Shown here: in pieces, positions 1 through 12,900 of the stretch
How the letters are laid out: each line of letters starts with the position of its first letter
How positions within the stretch are numbered: position 1 is the first letter of the stretch
NCBI RefSeq assembly: GCF_009834535.1
Contig: NC_045697.1
Coordinates: 77,006,001-77,070,000, forward strand
Direction: 5' to 3'
Length of the DNA stretch: 64,000 bases
DNA from: Camelus ferus
Taxonomy: Eukaryota
The notes under the pieces: generated by a model
Seen by the model: the letters and a program-made list of their open reading frames with translations, nothing else
Databases searched by the model: none
What the model was told of the DNA's origin: nothing
Position numbers and translations under genes: made by a program

Positions 1-516
1 TGGAGGAGAGGGAGGATGGTCTGGAAGATGGCGTCATGCCCGCCTCCAGCATAAGGGGACTTTACTTCTTCTAAATGAGTGTCAGCTAAAAAACAAACAA
101 ACAAACAAAGAAAACCGGTTAAAACCCGACAGCCACGACTCCTCGGTAGGGAGAAGGACTTGACCGGACAGGACCCAGTGCTCACTGTAGTATAATTAAC
201 ATTGTTAAACCCCCTCCATGGGTTTTTCTGTATACTCCATGAGTAAGGACATGCACAAAGGGGCCAAACATGACTAAGCATTCCAGGGGCAAGGGCCATC
301 AGTCAATCAAAAGACCACCTCTAAGCAAGGATATAAGAGAAAGGGAAGACAAAGACCACCGCGATTCCCCCTTGGATCAGCCCGCCTCCCGTCCTCGGAG
401 GTGTACTTAGAAATCCTTTAAAGTCTTTTGCTACACAGCGTACTTCGTCTCCCTTCTGTAATCTTATCTTTCAGGTAAAATAAGGACTGGGGTCTTTTCT
501 TTCCTATTGGGTAACA
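1..516 (+). mobile_element. ERV long terminal repeat (probably ERV1-type; 5' edge may lie outside the window)
   Basis: TATAAG at 332-337, U5-like pyrimidine-rich segment, ends in ...GGTAACA at 516, CpG-rich relative to the flank. No primer-binding site follows, so it is a solo or 3' LTR. Confidence 0.6.
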
Positions 517-1888
517 GAAGGACTAACACTCCATATCTCAAGCTGCCTTTAGAATGTTTAAGTGGCCAGATGGTCTGTTCTGGAAGGCACGTGGATGTGA
601 GTTGGTTGTGACCTAAAGGGACAACTTAATGGTGGTTAACAACTAATAATCTACACAAAGCATATTTTTACACACAGAAAGCGCAATAGCATTCAAGAAC
701 AGGAAAAGCCACTTCCAAGTTCTTAATGGTTATGTAATGATTATTAATCTGTTTTTTCCCCAAAATACTGGTTTAAAAGATTATGTCCTGCTAGTTAATA
801 AGGAGCAACACTATAGTAAAGAGAGCTACAGAGGGTGTTTTCTTTTTAAGATTATAGCTGTATTTTGCAGCAATATAAGCCCATTTGCTAGTCCCCCTAC
901 TAAACTTAATTTTTTGAAAACATTTCCCCTCCTTGAAAACCCCTAGAACAGAGACTGTTCTTTCGAAGCTAGTCAAATGCATTATCGTTAATATAATCAT
1001 GAATTCTCCTCGCTGAGTTTACAGAACATGTCAATATGCCATCTTACAGACAGCAGAAAACCAACCTAATGGGGAAACTGAGAAGTCACACAGTTAAATT
1101 ATGTTTTTGCTTCAAGAATGTTTTTTGAAACTAGTTCATGGCTCCTTGAAATCGTGTTTTCATATGAAGACTAAAATTCATACTAAGCAATTCTTCAGCT
1201 ACTCCAAAAATACAGTAGAATGTTGATAGATTTCTGGCTGCATTTTAAATCTATCTCTCCAGTGAATAAGAGTAGCAAAAACCAAAGTTTCTGTAAAGTC
1301 TTCAGGGCAAAACTTCAAGAACAGCCAAGTGCTTCAGAAATCATTATTATAATCAGAATACTCTTTTGTACTTAGAAGACTACAATACTTTTTTTCCCTC
1401 TACAGCACAAAAACTGAACCAGAGTTAAAGAGTGAGAAAATGAACAGACTTTGGAAGGAACCGTGAGAAGATTTCACTTAACTATAGATTCAAGAACAGT
1501 TTAAAATATTTTAAAATATCAATTGTTAATTCCTTATACTATGGTTGTATCACGCCCCTTTCAAGAGTTCCCTACCTTGCCAGTGAAGGTGAGAGGTCAG
1601 TACTTTCATTCACTTTCTTATGTGCAATTTGTATGCATTATGGGATGTAGAAATGTTTGTAATATTTGATTCATCAATTCCATTTATAGGTAACTAAGCA
1701 ATACACACAAAGACATACACATAGATTATTCACTGTGAAGTTACTTATAAAAGCATTAAAAGTAGGCATAAAAAGGCATTAAAAAGAGAGAAATAGTTAA
1801 ATTATGAAAAATCCATATGAATATCATGCAAAAATTTAACATGGTTTTATAATGAGTGTGTACTACCTTTATAAGAAACTATTTTGCA

Positions 1889-2017
1889 GGGGAGGGTATA
1901 GGTCAGTGGTAAAGTGCATGCTTAGCATGCACAAAGTCCTAGGTTCAATCCCTAGTACCACTATTAAAAAACAAAGCTAAAAAAATAAATCTAATTACCC
2001 CCCCCAAAAAAAAAAAA
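1889..2017 (+). mobile_element. tRNA-derived camelid-type SINE (vic-1-like)
   Basis: tRNA head with A/B-box remnants (GGTCAGTGG, GGTTCAATCC), CTAATTACCCC tail motif, poly(A). TSD AAGAAACTATTTT at 1873-1885 and 2018-2030. Confidence 0.85.
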
Positions 2018-2309
2018 AAGAAACTATTTTTTCTACCTTTACAAGAAAAAGAATTTAAGTTTGCTGATACAGTTTGATGTCTTGACAACATTCATTTAAG
2101 CTATATATTATTAAGCTGCCTGATTCATACTCTACATAAAAGGCTTTGATATAACTTAAATACTTATTGTATCTCATATCTAGTTATATTATTTAAGTTC
2201 TATTATTGTTATTCTATTCATGGTGGATCATTGAAGAAACAAAGGATGAAGATCGTATGTTTAAGAAAATATAAATATTATAATGTTTTTAATCAACATA
2301 AGAACAGTT

Positions 2310-2545
2310 TGCACAGACATAGAGAACAAATTTATGGTTACCAGCGGTTAAAGGGGGTGAGAAGGGATAAATTGAAAATTCGAAAACTGCACCTCTTGGG
2401 AGTGATGGAAATGTTAGTTATCTTGATAATGGTAGCAGTGTCACTGCTGTATACATCCAACAAAATTCATCAAAGTGTGCATCTGAAATATGTGCAGTTT
2501 ACTATACAGGAACCATACCACAATAAAGGTGTTAAAAAAAAAACT
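2310..2545 (+). mobile_element. old L1 (L1M) 3' UTR fragment
   Basis: L1M-like 3' end wording (ggttaccag...gatggaaatgtt..tatcttgat...aaaattcatcaa..tgtgca) ending in AATAAA plus an A-run. Approximate boundaries. Confidence 0.55.
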
Positions 2546-3329
2546 TTCATATATAAGAATAGTCTGAATACCCTGAAATATGTCACAAAGAAAACTAAAC
2601 AACTTTAACTGAGGATAATTGTATTAATGAGGAAAAATATTATATGAAATAAAAGGTATTCAATTTTTCTCCAAAAAATAAAAGGAGCATCTCTGTGTAT
2701 AGCTGAATTAGACGCATGCTACCAAGAAGTTCAGCCTTCAGATCAGACTAAGTAGCACCCAAATATTGGTTTTTGTTTGGCAAAGTGCTTTAAAAAGTAA
2801 TTTGAACACTTTTAGGTAGGTCTTACACTCCCTCCTGATGACAGGAGTCTCCAGTCTAGTAAACGTCACACACACATTTGTATTTGCTTTCTGTCTTTAG
2901 ACTTGAGCCCTCCCTGGAGTATCTATCCCCAGTTACACTATATTTTGCCCTCCTTCTTCTCCTCCATCTCCTCCTTCCTACAAAGTCAGGAACTCTACTT
3001 CTACAAGTTGGGAGCCACTTTCCTAATTAACCTTGGACCATTTCAGCTAAAGTTCTGAAAACTTCCAAACTACTTCTCCATATTTTGCCCTGGTGGAAAA
3101 CATTTATCAACTCAAAGAACAATTTTCTCTTAGACATATTATTTTACCTAAACAGAAAAAACAGTACCATGACCATAATTGTTTAAAACATGATACATTA
3201 TATTCACCATTTTGAAGATTCACAATGCACAAATCCTACAGTAAATAAATCTGCTTGTATTGGTTTAACCCAGCGCACCTCTAACTTGTCTTGAAACTTT
3301 CTTCCTCAGAACATTTGTTAACATGAAAA

Positions 3330-4335
3330 AGAAATGGTGTTCTAAGGAACACAACTGGACGCATTGCAATAAATAAAAGACAACTGAGTGGATAGATCAC
3401 TGGTAGAAAGACAATTCCAAAGGTGCTCGTAAATAAATTAATGGGAACCAAAAGGGAAAGACTTCTGGAAAGCCACTTGATTCTGTCCTGAGCTCTTGTA
3501 AGTTCAGGCATTTCATCACAAAATCAGAAGAAAACAATGTTGGTCACTTCATCAAATTTCCAAATAATATGAAGCCAAGAGGAGTTGGAAATGTATGGAA
3601 AAAATCATGATCCCAACAAATCGTGACAAGGCTGGAGTTGGGTTCTATTAAAATAGATGAAAATTTAGTGAAAATAAGTATAAAGTCTTCATTTGCCTCC
3701 CCTCTCCCCCCCAAAAAAAACAAAACTGTACAATCCAGAGTGAGGAAACAAGACTTTACAGCTGCATATATGAAAAATACTTAGGGGTTTTCATCAGTGT
3801 CAGTCAATAGACTTATGGAGCCAGCAAGAAAATTACTGTAATTTTAGGCTGCATTAGTTAGAAGTAGAGAAGAACTAGAGAAGTTCTCTTCACTGTCCCT
3901 CTCATATATGCCCCCCATGCCCCATCTGGGGCTTTATTCAAATCAATGTGCAACATGTTAAGAAAGAAGTAGACAAATTGTAATGCCTGAATGAGCCAAG
4001 GGCATTTATTCCAAAAATAAAAACCTTAGTAAGAAATATAATAGGTGATTTCTAGTATTTGAAGAGTTGTCATGTGACAGAGGTATTTGATTTATTTTAT
4101 GACACAGGGCAGGGATGGTGTACAGAATCAAATGGTAGATGCCCAGAAGAAGATGAATTTCAACCTAACAAAAAGAAGCTTTTTAACAGACCAGTTCAAA
4201 GATTGAGTGGTCTATTCAAGAGATCATCATAAGTTAATGACCACAGAGCCAGAATGTCACTGAGGGAATTCAAGTACCATGAGCAATGTAAGTCTGGATA
4301 ACCTTTAAAGACCTTCCCAACATTGAGATTCTAAA
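3330..4335 (+). mobile_element. L3/CR1 LINE remnant
   Basis: CR1-like segments (ttaggggtttt..., ttaggctgcatta..., gaccttcccaac...gagattct at the 3' end). Highly diverged; approximate. Confidence 0.45.
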
Positions 4336-5014
4336 ATCCTATCAGAGACAGGATTACTACTTGGAGACATTACCACGAACAACGCAACACACTCTATATG
4401 GAATCGGGGATATCAGTGCCAGCAGGTACTGGAAGCTAACTTGAGGGATCCGATTGTCATTTTTCAGAATTTTGTGAAGCCCAGTGTTAAACACAGTCAT
4501 TGTTTAAATTTCAATTATATAACAGTACAATGAAATAAATTATATTAAAAACAAAGCTGGTAAACACTCAAATTTATCACTTCCTAATGTCACTTTGTTA
4601 AGCTGCAATTGACACTTGTAGGATATTCACACCTTGAAAATCTGCAAATGCTACAAATCAGGGCTATCAGGGCATTTGCTTTTTGAGAGCAGTTGTTCAT
4701 ATTTATCATCGGCATATCACATCAGTAATAATATTTCATCAACATGTATGTATTAAGCTCCCATATATACAGACTGTGTGGAATAGAAGTATAAAATCAA
4801 AGCAATCTTCCTCGAGAAACAGGAAAATCAGAAATAGGAAGCAATATTTGGACTTTTAAAAGTGATTTGCCTACTTATTGAATATATTATGGTACATTTA
4901 TATAATAGAATACAGTCTTTAAAAAGAATGATGTAAATCCATTTGTATTGGAAAGATACACAAGAAACTACTCGCAGTAGACTCCTCTGGGAAGAGATAT
5001 CATGTACCACTTTT

Positions 5015-5330
5015 TCTTAAGGTTTTTTAAAATTTATTGTATTTTTACGGTTTGGGAGAGGAGAGGTAATTAGGTTTGTTTGTTTGGTTTTTTTTGCATA
5101 TAATTGACACATTTATTATCAAGAAATTTTAGTAGGTTTTTAAAAAGACTGTTTTGATTTTACAAGACTGAAAGATGACAATCCAAGATGGCTTTGTAGT
5201 CTTCATGAGTTGGTGAGGTGAATTTCATGATGGGTAACTGTACAGCTGCTTCTATTTATTGGCAGTACCCAGGACCTCATGCATGCCAAGCACACGCTTT
5301 ACCACTGAGCTGTCCCTCCTCCTCCTGGTA
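5015..5330 (-). mobile_element. camelid-type SINE interrupted by a ~165-bp insertion
   Basis: tRNA head at ~5262-5325, GGTAATTAGG tail motif at ~5065-5074, TSD TACCACTTTT at 5005-5014 and 5331-5340. Confidence 0.75.
5088..5252 (-). pseudogene. putative 5'-truncated retrocopy of an unidentified mRNA 3' end
   Basis: Minus strand has 30 open codons (EAAVQLPIMKFTSPTHEDYKAILDCHLSVL) then TAA, then AATAAA (5112-5117), then A8 (5088-5095). It sits between the SINE head and tail. Confidence 0.5.
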
Positions 5331-5711
5331 TACCACTTTTAATACAAATGTTGGCTTTTTTGTCATATGCCTGTATTATTTTAATAACGATAACGACAAA
5401 GCTGTAACCAAACACAAAGAAAAGAGGTCAACCTTGGGCTGACCTTGACCACAAGGTCAAAAAGAGAAGCAGCCACAAGGAGAGAGAGGAGAGGAGAGTG
5501 GCCTTGACAAAAGTTGTAGAAGCAGAGATAAAGTTCTTCAGCTCAGAGGGCACTGCACTGGACGCCTCCTGCTAAGGGGATGACGATTCGTCCTGACTGT
5601 TCCGATCACCTTCCACCTCCTGTTCTTCCAGAGGGCCAGCTGCAGAGTTGATATTCCTGCCTTCCTCACTCACTGGGTATCCTGAAAAGAGGTTCGCATC
5701 TCGCAGTGATC

Positions 5712-5895
5712 TTGACCCCTGGGGGACATTTGACAGTGCTAAGCCATCTTTTTGCTGTGGAAACTGAATGCAACAGGTATCCAGTGAAAGGAGGCCAGGT
5801 ATGTTGCTAAACATATTACAATGCATAGAAGTGCCCCCACAACAAAGAATTATCCAGCCCAAGGTGTCAACAGTGACAAAGCTGAGACTCCATGC
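5712..5895. mobile_element. MER20-like hAT DNA transposon
   Basis: Matches remembered MER20 motifs (gggacatttg, gaggccagg..tgctaaacat, cccccacaacaaagaattatccagccca). Confidence 0.7.
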
Positions 5896-6057
5896 ACCAC
5901 TGTTATTTAAAGCTACCTAAGTGGAGCTCTGTTCTTTAAAACCCAAGACAGTCTAGCCAAGACCCAGAGATTCTGTCTTCATTAGAAAACATGACCATAG
6001 AATCTGAACGGACATTTAAGAAAGCCTGCTGGTCTCCTTAAAAATAAATGCCATGGA

Positions 6058-6905
6058 TCAATATCACTAATTATCAGAGAAATGCAAATCAAAACTACAA
6101 TGAGGTATCACCTCACACCAGTCAGAATGGCCGTCATTCAAAAATCCACAAATGACAAATGCTGGAGAGGCTGTGGAGAAAGGGGAACCCTCCTACACTG
6201 CTGGTGGGAATGCAGTTTGGTGCAGCCACTATGGAAAACAGTGTGGAGATTCCTCAAAAGACTAGGAATCGACTTACCATATGACCCAGGAATCCCACTC
6301 CTGGGCTTGTATCCAGAAGGAAATCTACTTCAGGATGACACCTGCACCCAATGTTCATAGCAGCACTATTTACAATAGCCAAAACATGGAAACAGCCTAA
6401 ACGTCCATCAACAGGTGACTGGATAAAGAAGAAGTGGTATATTTATACAATGGAATACTACTCAGCCATAAAAACCGACAACATAATGCCATTTGCAGCA
6501 ACATGGATGCTCCTGGAGAATGTCATTCTAAGTGAAGTAAGCCAGAAAGAGAAAGAAAAATACCATATGAGATCGCTCATATGTGGAATCTAAAAAACAA
6601 AAACAAAAACAAACAAACAAACAAAAACAAAGCGTAAATAAAGGACAGAAATAGACTCACAGACAGAGAATACAGACTTGTGGTTACCAGGATGGTGGAG
6701 GGTGGGAAGGGATAGACTGGGATTTCAAAATTGTAGAATAGACTACACTGTATAGCACAGGGAAATATACACAAAATGTTATGATAACTCACAGAGAAAA
6801 AAATGTGACAATGAGTGTGTATATGTCCATGAATAACTGAAAAATTGTGCTGAACACTGGAATTTGACACAACATTGTAAAATGATTATAAATCAATAAA
6901 AAAAT

Positions 6906-6932
<27 letters not shown>
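6058..6932 (+). mobile_element. 5'-truncated, relatively young L1 (ORF2 C-terminus plus 3' UTR)
   Basis: ORF2 peptide [17 protein letters not shown]...[19 protein letters not shown] (zinc knuckle)...ICGI* with one 1-bp frameshift near 6348. AATAAA and (TAAA)n tail. TSD 6042-6057 / 6933-6948 (15/16), with TT/AAAA at the 5' flank. Confidence 0.95.
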
Positions 6933-6938
<6 letters not shown>

Positions 6939-9900
6939 ATACCATGGAAAGTAGCCTGGAGAGGGGTTAAAAATGTTACACCTGACCTAACAACTGACAG
7001 AGATCATTTATTTTTGGAAAAACCATGTAAGTGGTATGTCACAAACATTTCCACAAAGTATCACAATACTCATTAGAGAACTCGATTTTCTAGAAAAAAG
7101 TTTTTTAAAAATTCAAATATCAACTTCTGTAATAACATGTTGCTATTTTTGAAATCATGAAAAGTAAATGAACTGGAATTGAGTTCAAATACCAATTATC
7201 ATTGTAGTTTTAAACCCATTAAAAGTGGATACAGTTGGCTACAGGCTATATACTTTTGTAGTTTTTACTTCTCTTGCAGTCCAGTCTGCATATCTGACAC
7301 CATTATTACTTCATAAGAACTTAGCAGCCTACTTATTTCTTTAAATACTAAGGCATATGGCGCTGGGTCTTATCCATAATAAATCACAATAAATATTTTA
7401 TTAATTGAATAAAAGGGTTGTAAACAGATTACTACACACATGACCACTTCACCTTTGCCAGAGTTGGCTGGAGTTAAGTAATACCAGAGATCAGTTACTA
7501 CCCACAATATAGAAATTTTAGATACTAATATCCCAAATATTTAATATTTATAATTAACTCTCTCCTCATATGGCAATATGAGACTACCAGAACAAAAGGT
7601 ACTTCCGAAGAAGGTAAATATTTCCCTGCAAAAATACTCACCAATGACCGTGTAGTTTCAATGTATCCCCACCTACCCTCGGCCCTATTCTAACATACTT
7701 TCTTCCTAGAATGTATGGGCAGGGCCATTATCTAGCTTCAGCCATTCTTCTGCCAAAATCCCAGTGGGCTCAGACAACTGAAACAGGTAGGATCAGAGAA
7801 GAGTATCCATATACCTGGGCAGCTGAGGGCTGAGCTGTTTGGGATGCTAGTAAAGCGAACATTGTGGGTAGGTAGCGGGAGAAGGAGATCAAACAAGACA
7901 GGGACCAATGGGAGAGGTAACTGGCCAAGAATAGGCGAATAAATCTTAGAGTATGGACCAAAAGCAAGTCGTCTGAAGTGGTAACACATGAATGAATATG
8001 ATGGGAACTGGGTGAAAGTGTCCAATTAAAAGCCAGACTAGTAGATAAGATAAATGAAGCCAAAGCCAAGATGGACAAAAGAGCAGCACAGAATCCCAGA
8101 GGCAGCCACATGCTCAAACTAGGCAAATGTGGCCTATGTAAATAATGTAAGGGCCTGGCACAGCACCCCAAAACACAGGGGCAAGGTCAGCATTTTTTCT
8201 TTTATGTTAGGAACTACTCACTGATACCCAGACACAGGAAACTGAGTCTTCTAAGAGTGGTCTCTACCTTAGACAAATTTTCAGTGCTACCATCTTAAAG
8301 GCCACTTATGTAAATCACGTCAGTAATACAGGCACAGCTATCAGCACTACCCTCAAGGGTCTAGTATATAAAGTATATAAAGCCAACTGAAAGGAACTGT
8401 CCTTTAAATAATTTTAGCAACAATAAGAAAATTGAGTACCACATAACCCACAAGATAAGAACCTGGATAAAGACAGAAAATAAACAACCATTACTATACT
8501 GAAGAGTAAAAAATAAAATTAAAAAAAAAATTGGTAGCATATGACACAGTTAAACTAAAGTGGGGACTTAAAAATTTTGCAAATGAGAAAAATGATGTAT
8601 CATACACATATCTAGGGGATAAATGTTACTGATTACAAAATTCCTCTATCTGGGATTTCTTTTTGAGGATTGAGGCTGAAAGCAAAGGTCTTCTGCTCAA
8701 ACAGATGACAGCTTAAAAGAATAAAATACATTCTGAGTCTAATGTGTCAGGGGCTCATACACAGAAAATAGAAGGTATACTTCAGATCTCTCAATTCAAG
8801 GATACTTTTTGCCATAAAAATAACTTTCTTTTTAATATTCCAAAAATGGTAACATAAATTTTGCCACCAACACATAGCAGGCCTCATACAGAACTTGATT
8901 ACAGAACCAAAGCAATATTCATGAAAGTATCCTCAGAAGTAGCTGAAATTCAGTGTTTAACTATGTACAGAAAGAAACTATATACAAGAACATAAAGCCC
9001 TGGTTTCTTTACAGATGTGATTTCTTAACGTTGGAGTTCTTCGTTTATGAAAAACTTCCAGATGCATAACATGTATAGTAGGACTAAGCCACGCCGTCAA
9101 GCTCGCTGCTTAAACTCCTGGGCAGTCGTCAGTCTGTAGGGTTCTGACAGTAAATTTAGGGGATACAGTTGGTTCGGTTAAACCTCTTTTTTGCAGCTTA
9201 CAATAGCTTTGGCTGGCATATATGATCTTTCCAGCCTTTAGTATATGTACAATCTAGCTTTGCTGCTTTACTAATAATTGTCTTCCCTCAAAAGGCAAAG
9301 TAACTAAAGTAATTTTAAAAAGAAAAATCATTTTATTCTTCCAGACTTCCTGGAAATCCATAGTTTAAGACTGTGTATTAAGGAGGAAATTAATTGCTTG
9401 TCAAAACTCAGTAACTTGTACAGTTGTCATTCTATTATCTGCCCAATAAGACAGTCAAGGCAGGTGCTGCACTTGGCCAAACTACCGTCTACAACTATAC
9501 AGTAAACAGCATCGCTGTTGACAGTGGACGTTCATTCCAGTGGGAGGAAGAGTATTGTCTTTCAAACTTCCTTTTGCAGTACTTCTTACAGTATGGCTGT
9601 ACCCAGATTTACACTTTCACTCTGAAAGGTACTACATATATCCCTTCAGTATTAGCTAAAGTGTTGTTAGTTCCTGAAAATTTTTCCTACTATTATTTAA
9701 ACACACGTGCACAATTCATAAATTCACATTGTACTGTCAATTTAAATTTCAATAGATAAACATCATCAGTTTAACAGAAATAAGAATCAGATCAGTAAGA
9801 AAGTCTCAAAGATCTTAGAAGTATCTTTAACAACAACTTTCTCATATTATAAATTTTCTATATGAAAAGCATAATTTGGGGATAGTTATTTTTTGTATAC

Positions 9901-12900
9901 TACTTCACAAACCAAGTATTAACTATTAGTTTAAAAATCTATTGCTTTAAATAAATATATAAAAAGGCAATGGACTGCTGTAACTTGGTGAGAAAGCCCC
10001 ACATTAGTATCTAAAATTAAAGACTAAGTAAAAATACAAAGAAATTTGAAAAAAAAAACACAAAAACTATCATAAAAAACAAGAGCAATATTGTGACTTG
10101 AAAGCTTTAAAAATAAGTTAACTTTAAGAAAAAGGATGAAGTGAGATACTGATTTCCTGATGCACAGTACCATGCTCAGTTACACAGTGCACTTTTCCAG
10201 CTTTCCAGCACTACTTCTATTATATCTCCTTTGCTGGACTATTACAACTCATTAAAGAACAATACTATATCAGCAGTCATTTCTGGATTCCATTCATTTT
10301 AATAAATAATTTTGCTTCCATCATTCCTTGTAATGTTTCTAGTTACAGAATTTTGGAGATGAGTTCTGTATTGGCAAGCATACAGTATCTCTAAAGACAG
10401 AGGAAATGGAATCACACTGGGGACTGAACTTTCAGTAATTTTATAACAGTTTCCTGTGGAGTCCTGAAGTTCTTCGGAGATACCTCAGGGGCCATCATGG
10501 GGGAGTGGGGTGAGCAGCAGAAAGAAAGAAAGAACATGTAGGGCTTTGGCCTCTGCCCCTCTGACCTCCGAGGTCAATCATTGTGTGTGTAGCTAACTTT
10601 GTAACCAGTTTCATATAATGGCTTTTCTCATAAGATTTCATTTTTTTCTAAAGGTTGAGCCTCTTTGAGAAACGTTGGAAAACCCTTGAACACTTGACCG
10701 CTAAGATTTGTATTAGCTTTAATACGTTTTGGCTGACAAAGCCCTCAGAGAAAATGTTTTAAAAGGCATGGGGATAAGGATATTAGTGTATGTAAAGAGA
10801 TAAACCACAATAAAAATTCTCAACCAAGTCAAGTTGACAGATCTTCATTATGATCATTATTAGCTTTTATAGCTAACTTTCTATAGAGAACTCTACCACA
10901 AGCCCTAGAGATACACAGATACAAACCAGAACCCCGGACGTGGAGCTCACAAATGAGATTGGTAGAAATGGACTCCCAACCCACTCCCTCAGGAAATGGA
11001 ATGCCATTACTCTGTGAGACCTCTTAGCAGCTAGTATCAGGATCTGCCCACGAGGGCCACCTGATCCTTAACATACTTAACTCACTTGACCCTCAACCAG
11101 ATTGATAACCATTCTCAGATAGGCAGCTATTAGCTTGTGTTCATTCAAATTTCATCGGCTCTGACCTTGAGCCCTAATTTTTTCAGTAAAAAATGATTTT
11201 TAATATTCCAGAATTTGCTGGCAAGGGCCTAAAATTTGCCAGCATTTCTAGCCTGACTTTAAAGTCAAAAGGTTGGTTTTCATGCATGGTTTATGGAAAT
11301 GTTTTTATCTTATGATCATATCATGTACATCTTAAAAATGCCAGCTGGATTCTGGAACCCCTGAGACAAATCGGAGTTTCATAATTCCTAGAAAGATAAT
11401 ATAAACCACTTACCTTTAATAACTGCCCAAATTGAACTAAGATACAGGAATGTTGAGAAAGAACTGGGTCAATTTTCCAGGCATATTTAGTTCTAGCATT
11501 TTAAGGATCAAAAATAATACCACTTTTCTGACCCTGTAATAGAGACTCCTATGGAAGGAGATTCCTATAAGATTTTTCTCTCCCATTAGCTGCTACAAGA
11601 GCAAAAGAGGATGCTGGAGACAGAGCTATAATGGAGAATCCCTCTGACTCTTTAACAATTGTCCAGACTTATATTATAATAGAAACTCTAAAAGCTACCA
11701 AGCTTGCTAAATATGATGGTAAAGAGGTATTATTCCAAGAGATTACAGGATGTGAGTGGCTTTTCCTCCCCTTTTTCACTTTCCTTACATGTGAACTCTA
11801 AATAAAGAAATTTTACTTTTGTCAAAAACAAGTATACTTCTAGTTAGACATATTCTGACTCTTAATATTACCATAATATACAAGCTAGTGCTGGCTACAA
11901 TTCATCAAATTTACTCAGCCACTTAGCCTAAATGTGAGAACCTTTTTAAAATATCTGCTGACAACATTTAAAATACAAGAATAAAAATTTTATGTACATA
12001 ATCCAGAAGCCTGGATTTCTAAATTATGAATATCCAAGTGAACAGTTTTTGGCATTCCTGGCAATTCAGACTATCCAATTAGACTAAGGAACACAGTATG
12101 AGAAAAATTAAGAATGCATTCCAGCTATGAAATTATGTGGTGACTGAAGTTGAAATGGAGACTCCAGATGAAATTATGTCAAAAGCATGATAATGATGCC
12201 AAATGATTCTTGATTTTGAGAAATTTCAAAATATAAGCACAAAATCCCCCAACTGGTAAATTCAATTACTTTTAGTTAATTTCTTCTAGCTACTGGAATA
12301 CCAGCCTCAAGTTCATATATGTGAATTTATCCACTAAATAACTGCACTTTTGACTAATAAAAATGTGAAATTTATTAAACTATTTTAAATATCTTAAAGC
12401 TGATAGTATATTCTAGTCTTCAAATATAGACGGAAGAAATTACTTGCTCCCTCATTTAAACTTTTCCATAGCAAACAGAAGTCAAGAGATAGAAGTTGTC
12501 TAGGAATTCAATTGAGAAGGAGCAGACAGAACAGAGGAAGTCCCACCATTCAGCTCAGTTCCTCCTCCTTGTGGTCACGAAGGGAAGATGCCTGCCATCT
12601 GGTGGCATTTCTTCGAGGAATCCTATCATTTAAACGACACAGAACAGTCATGTGAAGGAATATATGACGCCAATGAAAAGTGCTCAATTTTAATTTGTAA
12701 GTGAACTCCACTTACTTCTGCTTCCCACTCTCCTGCATCTCCTCCTTTTTAAAAGTTGATTGAAAAATATTTTTTAATTATAAGGTTGCTGAACACATCC
12801 CCAATGAAACAGTAACTGTGCATGTCTAAGAATTCAGTATGCGGGTGTGTCACAGTCATTTTTAACACAAATTCCAAAAAAACTGTTAAATATCACGGTG

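Noticed and set aside
2231..2608. 125-aa ORF
   Set aside because: Mostly an old L1 3' UTR fragment; non-ATG start.
6082..6593. Two adjacent ORFs (92 and 80 aa)
   Set aside because: Frameshifted halves of L1 ORF2, not a host gene.
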